Shown in pieces: positions 13,518 to 25,626 of a DNA stretch of 64,000 nucleotides. The stretch's first letter is position 1. Every line of letters starts with the position of its first letter. Origin of the DNA: Octopus sinensis (taxonomy: Eukaryota); contig NC_043009.1 of NCBI RefSeq assembly GCF_006345805.1, positions 13,578,001-13,642,000 of the forward strand. The letters are read 5' to 3'. The notes under the pieces were generated by a model. It had not been told where the DNA came from. It was given only the letters and a program-made list of their open reading frames with translations, and made no database searches. The translations under genes were made by a program, and so were the position numbers.

Positions 13518-13900
13518 TTTAGAGATTGTAGGCCCCTTCATCTCACCATATAAAAAATAATTTTTATTTTAAATACCTACTGTTTTATAACTTGGCTACA
13601 CGTGTTTCATGAGGTACATACGCCGGTTCCTGAACCCTTCAGTGTTTTGATGGAACCCTTCTTAAAATGTAACCCCAATCATCAGGCCCTTATATCACTT
13701 ATCATCGTTCAATACTATAAACCATATTTTAATTTTCTAAAACCCTTAAGTATGTGTAAAATAGGTATGTTTAAATTAGGTTCACTGGACCCTACAGTAC
13801 AAGCCATAATTCAGATAAAAATTCAAATAAAAAGTTACAAAAATAAAGTAAGAAATAAAAGATAAAAGATAAAAAATATAAATGCTAAAAAATATACGAA
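13514..13900 (-). mobile_element. PLE-like pseudo-LTR ending in (TA)n, with inverted partial copy at 14360-14437
   Basis: 13514-13605 is the reverse complement of 14360-14437 apart from a ~14-bp indel, a 2-bp indel and a few substitutions; contains a hammerhead fold. Confidence 0.7.
13586..13694 (-). ncRNA. Type-I hammerhead ribozyme A
   Basis: UAUAA-G-GGC CUGAUGA [UUGGGGU(U)ACAU...AUGUACCUCAU] GAAA C-ACGU-G UA^ GCC-AAG-UUAUA; cleavage predicted between 13597 and 13596. Confidence 0.8.
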
Positions 13901-13924
13901 AAATTTACAAAAACTATGTTAGTA

Positions 13925-14277
13925 ATATATAGGGTGCCAAAGATTCCAACATCACAATCAAAGTACAGATCCAGATACTGCAACAGCTTGGGTTTCAGAG
14001 GACCACAGCTCTTTAACATCCTCCCTAAATGCCTGAGAGACTTACATGGTGTGGATGTGGGTTTCTTTAAAACTAAACTTGATCTCTTCTTGTCGGGGTT
14101 CCCAGATGAACCTACCTCACGACAGGAGACACAGATGCGGGCAGCAGCATCGAACTCCCTTGTTGATCAAGTGCCACGTATCAGAGGTGGATTCACATAT
14201 TAGTGTAGCTCATTCAGCGGTGGTGCCCCAGCATGGCCGCGGCCTTCGGGCTAAAACATTTTTAAGGATTTTAAGGG
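13925..14277 (+). mobile_element. 3' end of CR1/L2-group LINE
   Basis: ORF 13916..14203 NSLGFRGPQLFNILPKCLRD..FKTKLDLFL..PDEP..RAAASNSL is a typical post-RT C-terminus; 3'UTR hairpin and TTTAAGGA-like tail; tip repeated at 30502-30545. Confidence 0.82.
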
Positions 14278-14359
14278 TTAAAAATATAATATATACTTGT
14301 GATAATATAAAATAAAATGAAAGGAATGGCAAGAAAAGTATACACGAATAAAAATTAAT

Positions 14360-14437
14360 AAACATGTAGCCAAGTTATTTGAAATAAAAATTATTTTTAT
14401 ATGGTGAGATGAAGGGGCCTACGATCTCTAAATTAAA
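14360..14437 (+). repeat. Inverted partial copy of the 13514-13605 pseudo-LTR end
   Basis: Direct reverse-complement match beginning at the stem III/cleavage-site region. Confidence 0.9.
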
Positions 14438-14994
14438 ATATATATTTCTTCATTGAGAATAATTTGAATCTCTGTTATGTATGTGTGTGTGTGTGTGTGT
14501 AGAAATTAGTTTGTTTCAATTCCTCTTGTGAGCACAGTTGTTGCAAAGTAGATGTAATGTGATAGTGCGTTGTGTTTGAAAGAAAACATATCTTAGTGGC
14601 TACTTTAATTAAGATTGTTAGTATAGAAAACAAAAGAGAAAAAAGAGAAAGCTAAGAAAAGATGGCAAAGAAAATACTGTCTAGGGTGCGTCATCATTTT
14701 TGTTCAATACAGGTATGTAAGAGATGTTAAATTAGATTAATATATTGAAAGAAGTTAGGAATTACATTTATGTTAAATTTGATACATCTGAAGAATTTAT
14801 AGAAAGAAAGATGGAGAAATTCATATATGAGAACAAGTTTTGAGGTGAAAGTTCACGTACAAGCACAAATTGTTGTGATCAAGACGTTCCATTTTAAGTC
14901 CCGGATTTGTGAAGCAGAGTGGGATAGTAGTATGTGATTCACATACCCGCACACAAGCATGCACACATACATGTATGAACACAGAAACACACAT

Positions 14995-15027
<33 letters not shown>

Positions 15028-15253
15028 CACATACATATATATATATAAGCATATATGTATATATACAGGTCTGTGTGTATCACTACTAACGTCTGAAATT
15101 ATATATATATACGTCCATTACTAAAGTGCATATTAAATTCTCGTAAGCCGTTACACGTATATCTACATATATACACGGAATCAGGTATACATTCTCGTTC
15201 AACTTGTAGAATACTTTTACTCATATACACATAGGCGCATTAACTGTTGTATG

Positions 15254-16018
15254 TAGTCGGTGGGCCAGATCCAGGAATGTGCACTTTGGTTGCACCCCTT
15301 GCAACTTTAGTTTGATAGTACCACATTGTTTCTGGGTCTATGGGGATAACATTTTCACTTGTTGTCATTCGCACAACCTATCAGGTAATTAGGACAACGG
15401 CTTTTTATAAGTAAAGGTGAGTCTCGAGGTATTAAAAGTGGAAATATGTGATACACAGGTAACCATTGGCAATATTTGTCTATTAACGCCCTAGATGTCA
15501 CTGAAATGAAGTAAATATACCTCTTTATCATACCCATGGTGAAAGTTTCATCTTCCATTGCCAAAAATTGGAAAATCTTACCAACTTGTCTGAAATGACG
15601 CCCATTATTTAATGTTTTTTCACAGTATATTGACTTTCATTCCTACTGTTTTTTTTTTGCAATTAATTTAATATTCATTAAGTTAAACAAAATAGTTGTA
15701 TTGAATGTTTATTTCTACTATTCCATATGAAATTTGAGTATGTTATCTTCAATAATAATGATATTATAAACAATTTCTTACCCCATCCTCTATCACGCCA
15801 AAATGGATGATTTCGATAAAAAATCTTGGTAATGGAGGGTGCCCTAGCATTTTTTTTTTTAGCTTTTTGGGCTTGTTTTATGTATTTCAATGCGAGAAAA
15901 CCTAACAAGAGAAAATGTAATCTCATAAACCCAGGAACAATGTGTTAACAATAAACTAAAGTTGCAGGGGTGAGGCATCTCAATAAATAAGGCCCTTTTT
16001 TATTTGGCCCACCATCTA
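15254..16018. mobile_element. Non-autonomous DNA transposon (Academ-like MITE), 765 bp
   Basis: ~110-bp imperfect TIRs (15254-15365 / 15903-16018) with TAG...CTA termini; 4-bp TSD TATG at 15250-15253 and 16019-16022. Confidence 0.8.
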
Positions 16019-16099
16019 TATGTGCAGTGTTGGTTTGTGTTGACTTCGACCTGATTTTATGTCATTGTTAATGTATGTTTTTGTTATTATAAATGTGTC

Positions 16100-18877
16100 A
16101 GTCATGTCAAGTAGCATGAAATAAGTGGATGTTATTGAAAACAGTTTTAAAATCTATGGAAAAAGCAAGAAATTGTATGGAAAAAAACAAGAAGAGTTCT
16201 CGCGTGTCATCCTCAGATTGGAGGCCTTTCACAGTACGGTGATGTTCCTCGCAATCCTGGGAAAGAGGTTCAGTGATGCAGAACTGTCAGATATGGTCAT
16301 CGAAGCTGATATCGTTGCTCCTGGTTCCATTCCTGCAGTTCTTAATGGTCTGCAATACAATAGCACCATACGAACACGCAAAATTCTTATAGCAGCTATG
16401 TAGCGTCTGAGAATAAACGGCTTCTATGAATGGGCACAAAAGAACCATGTTTATTTACTCCAACCCGCTTGGGCAGCAACGGATAATGTCAGCAGTGAGG
16501 TCACTTCAGACACCTTCAATAACATGTTGTTAGCACCAGAGTTCACACGTCTCTTGGAATTATTTGACGAGTTCTGCAAGTTGGACCAAGTTGAACTGGC
16601 AGCCTTTGGGACTCTTACATTGACCTGGTCGGCCTACTGCTTCTATTTGCACGTGCTACTAGAGAGGGAAACTGGGTTTTGCGTCTTACCTCTGTGCGTG
16701 AGATGCCACCTTGGGTGTTTGCATACCACAGAACAAACTATGCCCGTTACCTCCCTGTGTACTGATGTGAGATGACACATCCTGAAAGTAATACTCTTGT
16801 CCTGGAAGGGCATTTTACAGTTCAACGAAATTCCAAGAGTACATTTTCCCAAGTTGCTGTTGACCAAACCCTTGAGCAAACTTTGAATCGTGACTCCAAA
16901 ACGAGTGGTGGTATAGTAGGTATCAGCCTCAACCAAATGGGGCAGTACAGCGTTGTGTTCTAACAGCACATGACAGGGCAAGAATACTTCAAATCTGCAG
17001 GAAGATGCCTGGTATATATGATGCCAAGAACCAACACCACAAAAAACTATTTTCCCTCGCCTAAAGAAAGATAAAGGTGGTGTTAAAAAGTCATGGACAC
17101 GATAGAAAGTTGGGTGAATCCATATGAGACAAAGAACACAACTGATTCCCTCATCAACATTGCATTAGGAGTAAAAGCTTCTGATGATATAACAGAGGAT
17201 ATTTTGTCTGCGGAAGAGAAGGGAGCTAATGCCTTCTCATCCTTTGTACAAGAGAGGCTGTGTAGCAGTCAGACAGACCTTTATCCCCCATTAGCAAAGA
17301 CTGCACTCAAAACATTTAGGAAGCTAGTGAACTGAAAGAAAACCAAAGGTACCGCCACATATGTTGTAATCAAGGCCGATAGGGGACTCTTTGCAAAGAT
17401 GGTGGTCATCGTTCAACACAGACAAATGAATGTGAAAGAAGTTTTGTAGTATCCACTGGGTCCTCTGTCATGGTCCCTTGCAAATCCTGATGGTGCACCT
17501 GCAAAGACTACAAAGGTACCCATTTTACATTCATTAGAAGAGCAGAAACATCCCTACAACAGCAGTATGGATCGTTGATGGAATGACCTTGTGCAATCCA
17601 TAAAGACAGTCCCCAAGACATTCAGAGGTCTTGCTACTTATGTTCTTGAAGTTCTGAAGTCAACAAGCAACAACCCTGCCAGAACATACCTAGTTATGGA
17701 CCAGTATCCTAAGCTGTTTATCAAGAACCCAGAGCGAGCAAAGCGTGGAACATCAGGTGTCTTGCAAATGAAGATCATTGGCAGACATCAGAAGTGTCCG
17801 ACGTAGTGGAAGAAGTTCCTTAGTGATGGTAGGAACAAGACCAAACTTGCAAAGTTTCTGGTTACAGTAGCCAGAACATTGGACCAATGTACATCACCCG
17901 TGAGGAGGAGTGTCACATGCTTGCAGCAGAGTTGATCAACTGTGCACATCAAAGGAAGAAGCTGACACCCGCATTCTGCTACATGCAGGCCATGCAGCAT
18001 TAGAGAGGCATGCCTGCATCATACTTAAGTCACCTGATACAGATGTTGCTGTGTTGGCCTGTGATTATAGCCATTAAATCCATGCAAGACTATTATTCTG
18101 CGCTGGCACCACACAGAGACAAAGGTACCTTGATGCAACAGCTATTGGCCTGAAATTAGGAACAGATGCACGCATTCACGGGATTGACAGAACTAGTGCA
18201 TTTGACGGTAAGGGAAAGAAGCAGGCATTCAAGCTGGTGGTGTCAGATGTAGACATGTGCAATGCGATGAGAATGGTTGGCTCATCGTTTCATATAGATG
18301 AGGAAAGGCTGCAAGCATGTGGACATTTTGTTTGTCCTCTCTATGGGTACGGTGGAAATGATACCTACCTTTTCCGCTACAAACTACTCTGCACCAAGAA
18401 TGCCCAAACATGTCATCTTCCACCGACTCAAGATGCACTCAAATACCATGTGAAACGGGCAAATTACCAAGCATGCATCTGGTGATCAGCAATCTTGTTC
18501 TTGATATCTTGTAAATACGGTACTAGTCAGTGTAACGGTAGTCGGTGCTCATGCCTTATGAATGGTTTGTCGTGCACTGATGCCTGTCAATGCAAGCCAT
18601 GCACAAATATTGATCAAACAGAATCCAGTGATGAAGATGAGGATGAAGATTATTAATGAAAAATGATGACTGTTATTCCCGCTCATTTATTTTTATTACA
18701 ATTACCAAATGACAATTGAAAACATGCTATTGAGGAAAATAACAGACACATGATTTGTAAATAAGAGAATCGCGGACACATGTTTTTGCCTAAATTCGTG
18801 TCATCAGCTCAGAGAATTCCCCCAACTTGTCCCTACATGGACGTATACAGGAAGTGTAGAACATATTACTTGGCCTA
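16100..18877 (+). mobile_element. AcademX-type DNA transposon relic (transposase + XPG/FEN-like nuclease + C-terminal Cys8 finger)
   Basis: Across frameshifts: ILRLEAFH..LGKRFSDA, REGNW..NYARYL, VDQTLEQTLNRDSKTSGG, KADRGLF, SPDTDVAVL, SAFDGKGK, LPPTQDALKYHVKRANYQACIW, C-terminal CNGSRCSCLMNGLSCTDACQCKPC; candidate right end ...GGCCTA at 18877. Confidence 0.8.
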
Positions 18878-20268
18878 GTTAATTTTCCCGACGATTATGG
18901 TATTCGCTTTCCAACGACAATGTACATATTTTATAGCATCTTTGGTAAATTTCACAAAGTATAGACAGAAATTGTGAAAATTGTGAAAACATTCTCGTGT
19001 GGGTTGTAAGTAGAATTCTGACACTACAACTTTGACAGACATTGATTGATATACGCTGATTTTTCTTTAAAACTGACGTTATGTGCACATATGCAGCATC
19101 ATAGCGAATACTTATATATGTATATAAATATATATATATATATATATATGTATATGTACGTACGTATATACACGTATGTATGTGTGCATACGTTTTCTTA
19201 TATACAGTCTTCCACTTTTTCTATCTCCAAACGTTTATCAACGTTATTCTCTCATATATAGATTTATATATATGTACTTCGTGTGAGATGTTCCCCAAAA
19301 TTATGAATATATATATATATATATATATATATTGCTACCAGAGATTAATTAAATGTATATGTAGTGGAAAAATCAAAATTGTGTCCATTGATAAATTTTG
19401 AAATTATTTATGCTGTTTAATGTATGTTTTGTATTTAAACGACACCTGATTACAATCTTAATTTGTGATTTGTTTCCAATATGATTTAATACATACTAGT
19501 TGTTTCTTTTTTATTTCCTTATTTATATCTTGAAGATTTTGAAGAATTTTGGTTCCGTATTGTTTTTCTTCAGTTCTCGTAGATCACTGTCGTGATAAAT
19601 TTCATTGTGACGCGAATTTAAAATGAGACATGATTCCTTTAGCCCATGTACACAGTATAATCTTTAGTCCACACTTCAAAATATCAGTGTTGCATTTATT
19701 ATAGATACATAATCTCTGATAGTTGCAAAACTGGACTTAAAATTATAGCTATTTACAGTTGGGTGAAACGAAGCAAAAAGTGACAAGATGGGGAGAATAG
19801 TGGAACACTTTATGAACGCAAGCAGCTATAGCTCGGTTCTTTCGTGGGGAAACCACTGGCTCACCTGCCAAATTTGTTTTGTATTCAGAGTGAATAATAA
19901 TAAAATGATAAATCGAAATATTAACTAAATCGATTGATAGGGACGTTGTTAGGTACTTCGGTCAGTGAGTACTAATATTTATATATACATATATATAATG
20001 AAAGATAGATAGGGAGGGAGAGAGAGAGATAGAGAGAGAGAGAGGGAGAGAGAAAGACAGAAAGATAAAACTAACAGACAGACAGATAGCTAGATATATA
20101 GATAGATAGATGGATGGAGAGATTGATAATATGAAAGAATTTCATTTTATCTCTAAGGTACATCTACACGATAATGTACAAATTATTTTTCTTACAATTT
20201 TCAAACTATTCCAGTTAAAATAAGTCAGCAAAATATATTAATTTTAATGAAAAACAATAAACATAGAA

Positions 20269-20425
20269 GGCAAGCGTGGGTGTGAGGTGAGAAGCTTGCT
20301 TCTAAATCACATGGTTGCAGGTTCTGTCCCACTGTGTGGCACCTCGAGTAAATGTCTTCCTCTGTAGCCTCGAGCCGGCCACTGCCCGAGTGGATTTAGT
20401 TGTCGGAAACTGAAAGGAGACCGTC

Positions 20426-20472
<47 letters not shown>

Positions 20473-20590
20473 CAGCCGAATTGTGAGGATGATCCGGTTC
20501 TTGACTGAAGATTAAAGGCTTCGAATGACCAGTCCGTGTGTTTTTTGTATCGTCTATCTGGATGCTTTGTGTTCTTGTCCCATTTTGTAG

Positions 20591-20623
<33 letters not shown>

Positions 20624-20786
20624 ATATATATATCTGTCTGTGTTTGTCCCCTCTACAATAGCTTGATAACCGATGTTGGTGTATTTACGACCCCGTAACT
20701 TAGCAGCTCGGCAAAAGAGACAGATCAAATAAGTACTAGGTGCTCCAGCGTCGCTGCAGTCAAATGACTGGAACAAATAAAAGCAT
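20269..20786 (+). mobile_element. tRNA-derived SINE with internal (TA)n, interrupted by the 20472-20590 repeat
   Basis: Head, core and CAGTCAAATGACTG tail match 27357-27788. Confidence 0.87.
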
Positions 20787-20978
20787 AGAAGAATATATGA
20801 CTAATTTCAAGTGACCAAATGCAGACAAAATAGCAAACCGATGGTTTGCACACCAGAAAGATACAGAAAGATACCAATTCGAAAACTTACTTTGATTTGC
20901 TGAGTTTTGTTTTGTTCTTAAAATTATGATGAATTGAAATTCCTAGAATTTCATTAATTCTGCAAACTTAAATATCAC

Positions 20979-21185
20979 TTTCAAATTCTGTCATAATGCC
21001 AGCAATTTCAGGGAAGGGGAAAATCGGGCACATCGATCTCAGTGTTTAACTGGTACTTATTTCATCGACTCCCAAAAGATGAAAGGTAAATTCAACCTCG
21101 TCAGAATTTGAACTCAGAATTTAAAGACATACGACATGCCGCTAAGCATTTGGTCCGGTCTGCTAACTATTCTGCAGCTGGTCGT
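20979..21185 (-). mobile_element. Diverged Nin/Deu-like SINE
   Basis: Aligns to 11575-11765. Confidence 0.8.
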
Positions 21186-22082
21186 CTGAAGCGTACTGAC
21201 ATATAAATTATATTTTTTCAGTCTGAGTGTCATCGACGACCATCCAATTTATTTTCTCTATAACTAACCAGTTCAAATACCGTGCGATCTCCATAAATTG
21301 TCATAGAGCCGGTCCGTTAATGCAGTACATATCTGTTTCATTAGTTTACTGTACCAGTATAGATCCTGATATTAACGTATATTGCTACAAGCCGGTGTCC
21401 TTTTAATGACCAAATTCTCTTTTAATATGCTGAATCCATAAACATTTAAAGAGGCTTGAGTATGTTGGGATATCTATTAGTGGCTAAAATAGAAACGATA
21501 CCAATTCAAAGAAATAAAGCAAAGAAAGAAAAAATACCTTGGAACTAGATCCTCCAGAAATACTGAATTCCATTACCTTCAAAATTCTCAGTTTCACAAC
21601 CAAAGCCTAATCATGAAAATAATGTAACTCATTTCTTTTGCTATTATTTAAAGTCAATGATATTAATTCATATTTGATTTGTCCGTTACTAGTTTAATAT
21701 TGAGATATATTACCTTATCATAGTGAGTTTGAACCTTTCCAAATATTGTGTTAACGCTATAGCACCATTATCATTAGTGGAATAAGCTAAACTTCTGGCT
21801 TTGATGTGCTGTCTAGAAACCATTCTATAATAATTTAGTGCAGTTCTACAACGGTGAAATAACGAATAATGTGGCTTAAAATAAAGAAATAAGTTTGGAT
21901 ATATATGTAACGATGGTGAAAGGCTAATTTGAAACTTAAGCAATTCATTAACGAAATATATTTAATGACGTTGTTATTACTTTTGATTGCATGAATTACA
22001 TAAAACTAATGAACGTTATGTCTTCCTTTGAATGTTTTGCGTACACTGGTGAGGTACCTCGCCTATATACACATGGATTTAT

Positions 22083-22310
22083 AGCGGCGAGCTGGCAGAA
22101 CCGTTAGCTCGCCGGGCGAAATACGTAGACGTATTTCGTCTGCCGTTACGTTCTGGTTTCAAATTCCGCCGAGTCGATTTGCCTTTCATCCTCTCGGGGT
22201 CTATAAATTAAGCACCACTTACGCACTGGGGTCGATGTAATCGACTGAATCCTTTTGTCTGTCCTTGTTGTCCCCTCTATGTTTAGCCCCTTGTGGGTAG
22301 TAAAGAAATA
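22083..22310 (+). mobile_element. tRNA-derived SINE with Nin/Deu-like domain
   Basis: GCGGCGAGCTGGCAGAA head, GTTTCAAATTCC B box, central domain, GTAAAGAAATA tail. Confidence 0.9.
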
Positions 22311-22575
22311 TATATACACATTGATTTCACTGAACTCTTCCGTTGATGAGAAATCGCTCCATTACACCACGACGTTTGAACCCTTTTGAACTTTTCTGAA
22401 CTTTCTGGTTTTTCCTAGTGTTAATTTTTTTTACTCTGTTTTATAGACTAGTTTTGTCAAATCTTTGTATATCTAAGGCCGAGAAAACAACGGGAATCGA
22501 CAGAAATCATAGTGGGTATAATCATAAAAAACTCTATCAAGCTTTATTAGAAGCAATATCATGAGATTTGTTAGT

Positions 22576-22829
22576 TTGGATGCTCATGTGTCGGCAGTCC
22601 CAAACTGTTTGGGAACCACTGCCTGAAAATATACTGGTTTCCAATTTTGGCACAAGGACAGCAATTTCGGAGTGGAGGAAAATCGATTAGATTGCCTCCA
22701 GTGTTCAACTGGTATTTATTTTTCGACCCTGAAAGGATCGCCTTATTGCCTTAAAACCTATTAATGCTTAACAGTACAGTCAAGCAGTCACCAGTTCATA
22801 AGAAAATGTAGGATACTTAACTTTATGTA
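22576..22829 (+). repeat. Composite ~250-bp repeat, copy 2
   Basis: Colinear with 9346-9584. Confidence 0.85.
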
Positions 22830-22836
22830 TATATAT

Positions 22837-22902
<66 letters not shown>

Positions 22903-23017
22903 TATGCATATATATATATATGTGTGTGTGTATACATACATATATATATTCATAAGCATATATATATATACATATATAAATATATATACATATTCATACG
23001 CACATATGTGTGTGTGT

Positions 23018-23370
23018 GGAGGCGCAGTGTCTCAGTTGTCAAGGCAGTGGACTCGCGGTCGTGAGATCGCAGCTTCGATTCCCAAACTGGGCATTTGGAG
23101 TGCTTATTGAGCGAAAACACTTAAAACTCCAAAGGGAGTGTTGTGGTGAACCCTGCTGTACTCTTTCACCACAACTTTCTCTCAATCTTTCTTCCTGTTT
23201 CTGTTGTACCCGTATTTCAAAGGGCCAGTCTTGTAACCCTCTATGTCACGCTGAATCTCCTCGTGAACTACAATTAGTGTAGACGTGTCTGTGGAGTTAA
23301 TTTCACGAACAGGCAGTTGCGTTGATCGGATCAACTGGAACCCTCGTCTTCGTAACCGACGGAGTGCCAC
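23018..23370 (+). mobile_element. tRNA-derived SINE (same family as 8655-9044)
   Basis: Direct homology. Confidence 0.88.
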
Positions 23371-23371
23371 G

Positions 23372-23419
<48 letters not shown>

Positions 23420-24724
23420 TAACACACGCACGCATGCACACACACGCACACACACATATGTATTAGCCTTAGCTTACTATATCTAACACTACCATCACAT
23501 TAATATTTGTTGTCCATAAGCAGTAATATTGGTATCTTTTTTTTTTTGAAATACCTTATGATAGATGAAATTGCACAGTAATTACGAATCAACGACTTTT
23601 TTTTCCAGTTGCGTATTTAAAATGTTACAGAAAATCACAAGGACCGGTCGAAATTAATGCAAAAGAGCTTTCAGGTGTAAATGAAATCAACCAAAATATT
23701 CAAATGGACGCAAAGTTTAAGAGCTGTATGCTATGTTGAATACAATATTTCAACGAAAATGGTACCTGGCAAGAAAGGGACAAAAAATTGTTCCGTCAAA
23801 TCTCCATGAATTTTTTTCGTCACTAAAAAAATTATGGTTTTAAATATGAAGCAAAAATACGATTTTTAAACCAGACTTACTATCCCCTACTAGTTTTACG
23901 ACACTCACCGGAATCAGTTGTTAAGTTCGAATGTTGATAAGGCCATTTAGACTTCTTAATAGGCATAAAACCACTCTGTCTGTAAACCAGACGTTGCATT
24001 TTTCTCCGAGATATCGACTGTGGTCTATTTCTAATACTCTTTACTCTTTTACTCTTTTACTTGTTTCGAAAACGTCGAATCATTTAAACAACGCATAATC
24101 GGAACTCCTATCCATACATCTACAGCCTAAGCAAACTACCAAATCTTATTACTATTCAAATCCGCTAAATGGTTGGATTCACTAAACCTCACAGAAACAC
24201 GCTCCGAAATAATAAACTCATAGCTATACCACACCATTTCAAGCAAACTACAGGACATACAGCGCTAAGAGAAAATATCCACCTCTACAAACTGGGGGGG
24301 AAGTGTGTTAAGGAAAATGGAAACTCTTCCAGAATAACAAAATTGCCTTCGTTCATGAAAACAAATGGTTAAGTCATCCTATTCCAACGATTGCAGCAGA
24401 ATCATCCTTCGTTCACTTTTCAAGAACGATGAAATTTTTATGCGGAACTTGAGTGAAACCGTCCGTACACTGACTGTGCTACATCGTATGACACACCTTT
24501 CTACTCTACTGCTACGTAAACATCACCGGCCGCGCGTGAAAGTATCTCCAGCTGCTTCAAAGTAACAAGACCAAGACCAAATCTTAGACAGACAATACTT
24601 CGTCCATTACACATGGCAAACTCTTATCCTCATCAAACCTTCAGTCATTCTTTCTCTATCCCTCTCTCTGTTTTATCTCCCTCCTTCGCTTTTCTTTCTT
24701 TCATTCTCTTTCACCACACACACA

Positions 24725-24790
<66 letters not shown>

Positions 24791-24931
24791 CAATTGAAGG
24801 ATGTATCTGATCTTTGACAATATGTTACAAGAAGGACTGATTCTATCAACATTTAAACTATCGGATGTACAGCTGATATGCTTTTCACAAGAGCCGTCTC
24901 CAACACACTGGATCTCTCTTTCTCTCTACCG

Positions 24932-24962
<31 letters not shown>

Positions 24963-25188
24963 TCTGCCTCTCTGACTTTCTCTTTCTTTCATTCATTAAT
25001 TAATTATTTCATTCATCCATTCATTCTTTATTTATTCCATTCATTCTTTCTTCCTTTCTTTCGTTCTTTCTTTCTTCCTTTCTTTCGTTCTTGTTTTCAT
25101 TCTTTCTTTCTTTCGTTCTTTTGTTCTTTCGTTCTTTCGTTCGTTCATTTTTCGTTCTTTCTTATTTCTCTCGTTCTTTCTTTCTCTC

Positions 25189-25227
<39 letters not shown>

Positions 25228-25512
25228 TTTTTGTAATGACCACTAATACCATCTTGGCAAAGCCACGTCTATTGGAAACCGCATTTGCAACTCATGATTG
25301 GAACCTCCAGATTGAGAAATTTGGAGAGTGATATGATGTTTACCGTACCATAAATACGAGAACAGTCGACCGTGTCTGACTTGAGATTGGAAGATTAACT
25401 GCCAGTAGATTCTACCCACTTCTCGTCTTTTGTGTTGGTACCACTGTAGTGTTTGTTGATATATATCTTTTTGAGGCACGCAACATCAAATTTGATGTGA
25501 TCTCGGGTTGCA

Positions 25513-25606
<94 letters not shown>

Positions 25607-25626
25607 TATATATACATATATATATA

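Noticed and set aside
24070-24620. Possible LINE relic (ORFs 24169..24372, 24365..24565)
   Set aside because: No diagnostic motif recognised.
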